From contig CAVNZM010000002.1 in NCBI GenBank assembly GCA_963693365.1, positions 6,275,943 through 6,339,942 on the forward strand: DNA of 64,000 bases, written 5' to 3'. Below are positions 58,733 through 64,000 of the stretch, in pieces (the stretch's first letter is position 1; each line of letters opens with the position of its first letter). Under the pieces are notes generated by a model. It worked only from the letters and a program-made list of their open reading frames with translations, did not search any database and was not told where the DNA came from. A program made the translations under genes and the position numbers. This stretch comes from Amoebidium appalachense. Lineage: Eukaryota > Protista > Ichthyosporea.

Positions 58733-58923
58733 CCTCCCCTTCTCTCTCTCTCTCTCTCTCTCTACCCCCCCCCCTCCCCCCCTTTCCTCCTCTCTCGTGT
58801 ATGCCTGCATGTGTGAGCGCACACGTGGGTGCACGTGTGTGTGTGTGTGTGTGGTAGATTTGTGCATCTGTACGTCTTGCATGCCTTAATCTAGCGTATG
58901 CCCCGTTGCAGGACCTTTATTGC

Positions 58924-58957
<34 letters not shown>

Positions 58958-59065
58958 TTGCTGTCCCTATCCCTTTAAATCACGGTCTCTTCTCTGGTCC
59001 TCCCCCCCCCCCCCCCCCCCCCCCCCCCTCCCCCCCCCTCTTTCCTTTGCCACATCCTGCAACAC

Positions 59066-59138
<73 letters not shown>

Positions 59139-59480
59139 TTTGTCTCGACGGTGACCGCCACGACCATCACCAGTCATTGAATTTGAACGAACGAGCAAAA
59201 AAATGGGAGGCCTTTGCCTTTAGATTTTTTTGGCACGCGTGTTTTAGCAGGGTTTGTTTGCACACTTACTGATTATCTGTGCCGTGCAGTGCACCGTGTG
59301 ATCAACACCGGGGACCGTGACCGCTACTCCATCCCCTACTTCTTCAACCCCAACTTTGATGCCACCGTGTCGTGCCTGCCCACGTGCCTGCCTCCGGGCC
59401 AGCAGCCCAAGTATGCACCGGCAACCTGTGGGGAGATATTGCATGTGCGCTACACGGGCACCTTCGACCACATCAACTAG
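54921..59480 (+). CDS. 2-oxoglutarate/Fe(II) dioxygenase, isopenicillin-N-synthase-like family (5 exons, 347 aa)
   Basis: Exons 54921-55143, 55993-56279, 57401-57562, 58250-58430, 59290-59480. Motifs VPVVDL, GFVYIANHGVP, DLKEGF, LRLLHYPP, GAHTDYG (HxD), NLGDMM, HRV, RYSIPYF. Intron 3 needs a GC donor. Confidence 0.92.
57052..57352 (+). repeat. Dispersed intronic repeat, copy B (partial third copy at ~56797-56892)
   Basis: Homologous to 18375-18710. Confidence 0.85.
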
Positions 59481-60100
59481 AGAGAGCTTCACTCAAGTTG
59501 TGTGTGCATTTTGCGGTTCTCTGTGTCGCGAGTTGAAAAATGGATACATGGCACTGCGGTGTGGAGGCTTAAAAGGGTAGGAAGGTGCATATCATTAGGC
59601 TCGCACTTGGAAGTGGTTGGACGCTTTTTTCTAGGGGAATGTGGTATACACTAGGGAAAATAAAAGAAGCTTACTTACTGGCACATGTTCTGTCTTTGCC
59701 ACGTGCGGGTGTGGTGTCCTGTTGCACCAACTGTTCACTAGAGAGAAGACTCTTGAGGTGTGTGATCACCGGTACCTCAGAGGTTCGAGAGGGAGAGAGG
59801 GACCTATAAAATATTATTAGAGAGAGAAGAACATAGATAGCGACAGAACACTTGCAAGTGCACACACACGTATAGAGGGCGAATTGCATGTGCACACAGG
59901 GGGTGAGAGAGATTGAGGGGGGGGGGGGGGGCTTGGCTTCAGGGCCCTACGGAGAATCGCTAAGGAGAGAGGGACGACAGAAGGGAATGGAGGGGGGAGG
60001 GATCTAGAGAGGGAGAGGGAGAGAGATCGAGACGATCTGGCGAGAGGTGGAGAGAGATCCTGAGGGAGAGATCTCTAGAGACAAAGGGACTGATATACAG

Positions 60101-60137
<37 letters not shown>

Positions 60138-61092
60138 TGAGTGAGAGAGCGAGCCTGAGGGAGCGAGATCACAGAGACCTCCGTCGATCGGTCGATCTCG
60201 AGATCTCATCATCTCAGTCCATCGCGATCGAGAGAGAGAGAGGGGGGTGGAGAGAGAGAGGGGGGGGGGGGGGAAGAGAGAGGGAGAGAGAGAGAGAGAG
60301 AGACATCTGAGAGAGGGGTGGACAGAGGGAGGGAGAGGGGAAGAGAGAGAGAGACGGAAGGGAGGGAGAGAGGGGAGAGGGGGGGGGGGGGGGGGGGGAG
60401 AGGGGGGGGGAGGGAGATAAAGAGAGAGTGGAAGGGTGGAGAGGGAGAGAGAGAGGGGGGAGAGACTCGGAGAGAATGGGAGAGGAGATTCAAAAAGAGA
60501 GAAAGCTCTCTCAGAGAGGGAGAGGGAAGGCCTAGGGTTGGGGGGGAAGGGGGCCGGGAGAGGGGGGGGGGGGTTTGGAGAGAAAGACACAGAGAGAGAG
60601 ATAGAGAAAACAGAGAGCCTCGGAAAACACAGAAACCTATTACGTAGCAAGCCTGGCCATCACCAGTTGAAAGTTGTGAAACTGTGAAGAAAACCGAAGG
60701 GTACTCGGACTTGGCGAACTTGCCAGTTGCCACTTGTTGGTCAACATGGTGCATGGGAATTCATTCCACTTGCGCGCCATTATCGCAAATGCACCAATCG
60801 GAGCTTGCGTCAACATCTCTAATCTGCATTCTGGCATGTGCCATATTGTACCTACTGATCATAAGCGAATAGGAATGCTAATAAGTAGTCACATGAACTT
60901 TATTTGGTTTGCATGACAATTCATAGGCATTATAATAGGTTACGCATTGAGCTTGCTTTCCATGGAAATTACCGCTGCCTGGACACTTCGAAGTATTTAT
61001 CATTTTCACCCTTCGAAACTCAGAGCACAACACGACTCGAGGCACGACTCGTGCAGAAAAGAAGACCAAAAAACAAACAAAAGAAGAAAAAA

Positions 61093-62687
61093 ATGTTTTC
61101 TGGTGTTACACAACTACTGGCTCCCACTCTTTTAGTGGGACTTGCAGCCGGGCGGGTTGTGCTTGAGGGTACGCCAGAGAGCAACCTGCTCATTACCGAC
61201 ACTCTGGTGCAGAAAGTACGCAATGCCAACGTGTCATGGCACCCCGTTACCCCGGGCCAGGGCCCTTTGGCTGCAAAGACAGTGGCTGAGTTTACGCGCA
61301 TGCTGGCAAGGTGCGTACAGACCTGGCCGTGTTTATGTTTGAAAGCTTATGTTATGTTGCTGGCATCGTGTTGCTCTGTAACCGCGTGTACGTGCGCAGT
61401 TCTCTTGCCTCTTTCTGGCTAGCCGATGTCCCATTCACACTCTTTTTTTTTATACACAGCCCCAGCGCTACCAACGACCTGCGCGTTCTGCCCATGAAGG
61501 AGGTACCGGCCAGCAACGGCAAGTTGCCTGTTCAGTTTGACGCGCGGGAGAAGTGGTGGGACTGTGAGACCGTGAGCGTCGTGCGGGACCAGGGGGATTG
61601 CGGTAGCTGCTGGGCGTTTGGCTCGACCAGTGCGATCAGTGACAGGGTGTGCATTCACAGCAAGGGCAAGAACCAGGTGCGCTAACTTCCGTCCCACATC
61701 CGACCCTCCATAGCCCTTTTGTTTTCCTAGTGGTGCTTTTCACGCCCCCCCCCCCCCCCCCCCCCCCTCCCCCCCCTCCCCCTCTTCCCCCCCACCGCAT
61801 ACACACACACACAACACACACACCCAAAAGGAGAGACGCAACAACAAATCCAGCTACAGTAGAAACACACACACATGATCTCCAAAGTTACCACCTCACT
61901 TCACTCACACGGCTTCTTTACAGTATGATCTCACTCTTTCTTTTCCCAGGCGAAGATACCAATCCTTGAGTGACCTTTGCCGGTCCTTATCCCCCCCCAC
62001 CTCCCCCCCTCGCCCCCCTTGCGCACCCCCCCCCCCCCCCCCCCACCTCCCCCTCACCCGCTCTCCCCCAAGGGCCTTTCCCCCCCAGCCTGCCCCTCCT
62101 TGCCCCGGCTCCCTCTGCCAATCAAACCACCGTCCCTCGCGGAGGCTCCTTTAACCGCCAAAACACAAACCTTCCTCCTCCTTTTTCCTCTATAGCCTTC
62201 AGAACACACTCCAGCCACTGTGTGCACTTTCCTAACCCCTTATACACCAGACCATACTGTCTGCCGTCGACGTTATGACGTGCTGCAGTGAGTGCTGGGA
62301 CAACCCCGACAAGGGGGGCTGTGAGGGTGGTAGTGCCGAGACCGTCTACAAGTACTGGCGGGACACGGGCATAGTGACGGGGGATAACTACGGCAGTATG
62401 ATTGGCTGCCAGCCCTACCCTCTCCCCATCAACCTGATGCATGGCACGGTGCATGTCAAACCTCCCACGTGTTCGAGGACATGCAGCACCAACCATACTG
62501 TTAGCTACGAGGAGGACAGGCACTATGCCAGCGAGATCTACGAGCTCAAGCCCCATGACATTGAGGGTGCTATGAGGTAAGGGGGTGGATGAAAGGGGAA
62601 GACCTGTGTGCTTTGAAAAACACGCAAATGCTCGCACGGTGCATGCTAGGTGGTTGTAGGGGAAGGGGGTGAGAGAGGGCGGGCGGG

Positions 62688-62726
<39 letters not shown>

Positions 62727-62833
62727 GGCTTGGGGCTTGGGGTTCGAGTGCACGGATAGTTAGGTGGGCAACAGAGAAAGGTGTGCTTGTTCGAGGGTGG
62801 TGGCAGGGAAGGGTGGGTCTGTGTGTGTGTGTG

Positions 62834-62879
<46 letters not shown>

Positions 62880-63538
62880 GTTGAGGTGGGGAGGTGCAGA
62901 TGCATACAAGAGGCGACATGTTAGGACCAGGGGGGCGGGGGGGTCACTCGTGGAAGGATAATGTGGGGCTATATTAGTGTTCCATGGATGGGTTGATAAT
63001 GGCTCATAGTAGTGCATATGTGTGTGCATACGTTTGTGGCCGTGCTCAGGCGGGCCGATGCACATTAGGTACTACCCACAGTTTACAAGCAGGTGTGCGC
63101 TACTGCGCTTGAATACGTGTTGCATAATCTTACGCTGTATATAAATCGCCCGGTTCCGTTTAGCTCAGTAGTGCTGACTTCAGCAGTGCATACATCTTGC
63201 GGGTAAGGCTGCTTTCCTACCGTCATCCACAATACAAACTCTAACAGTAACTGATGTCCAGAGAGATCATGACCAACGGCCCCATCACTGCACACTTCAC
63301 CGTTTACAACGACTTCCCAGCCTACAACGGTGGTATCTACGTGGTCACAGACCAGAAAGTCCTAGGGGGTCACTTTGTGGAGATTATTGGCTGGGGTACA
63401 GAGAATGGGACCGATTATTGGACGATAAGGAACAGCTGGAACAAGAGGTGGGGAGAGCATGGCTACTTCAGGGTTAGAAGGGGCACCGCTGAGAGCGGGT
63501 TTGAGAAGAGGTGGATGGCTGGCATTCCCAAGGTGTAG
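61093..63538 (+). CDS. Cathepsin B-like cysteine protease (C1A) preproenzyme (4 exons, 345 aa)
   Basis: Exons 61093-61310, 61460-61676, 62251-62576, 63262-63538. Signal peptide, [52 protein letters not shown]. Confidence 0.94.
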
Positions 63539-64000
63539 AGTTCCCTTAGTTTGGAAGAACGTGAGCATAACTTAGATTGTTGTACAGTTCCTTATCTTGG
63601 AGGATGACGAGCAAGTTGCGAAGTTCCATCAAATGACGAGCATGTTGCAAGTTCCATCAACGAATGGAGCACTGTATATTTCTCGGATTAAAATCCGGCC
63701 GGCTTCAACGGTCCTGGTGACTGTTATACCGGGAGAAGGCTACCTCTATCTGTGAATAAAGATATGACAAAGGACAAATAGTGCTTACTGATTCTGAAGG
63801 AACCAGATTTTCTCTGGCTTTAGGGCAATTGCACAGGGCACACCCCGGCATTCCCTAGAAGAAGGGCTACCTCAACGAGAAAAGTGGTAGAAGGCAATGA
63901 AGAGTGGCCTGGTGCCCATCGACCTACGTAGCTTTAGCTCGAGGTTTTCGTTTCTCGGCCTTTTCCTTTTTAACCCACCGTGGCCCCCACCGTGGCCCCT

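Noticed and set aside
59960-60240. GATC/GAGATCTC-rich palindromic patch
   Set aside because: It looks like decayed (GA)n low-complexity sequence with no defined unit or termini.

Overview
Eukaryotic, intron-rich DNA (opisthokont-like gene set; organism not determinable) whose introns and intergenic tracts are full of (CA/TG)n, (GA)n and poly-C/G runs, so most of the supplied ORF track is spurious. Seven spliced host genes could be assembled by hand: a Kin1/MARK-type kinase with a KA1 domain (-), an HTD2/MaoC-like dehydratase (+), ARV1 (-), an alkaline phosphatase with a 14-Cys N-terminal extension (+), an unknown SAM-domain protein ending in a PIP-box-like motif (-), an IPNS-family 2OG-Fe(II) dioxygenase (+) and a cathepsin B-like protease (+). 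The main feature is a nested retroelement at 36508-47941. The outer element is a chromodomain-bearing Ty3/gypsy LTR retrotransposon (GGGCC TSD) that encodes only RT-RNaseH-integrase-chromodomain, with no recognisable gag or protease. Its primer-binding position matches the 5' end (nt 1-15/16) of a tRNA-Ala-type tRNA instead of a tRNA 3' CCA end. A complete split-direct-repeat tyrosine-recombinase retrotransposon (Ngaro/PAT layout) sits inside its 5' LTR at a CATG core, and the intact 3' LTR preserves the empty target site. All calls come from reading the sequence by eye; no database searches were run.
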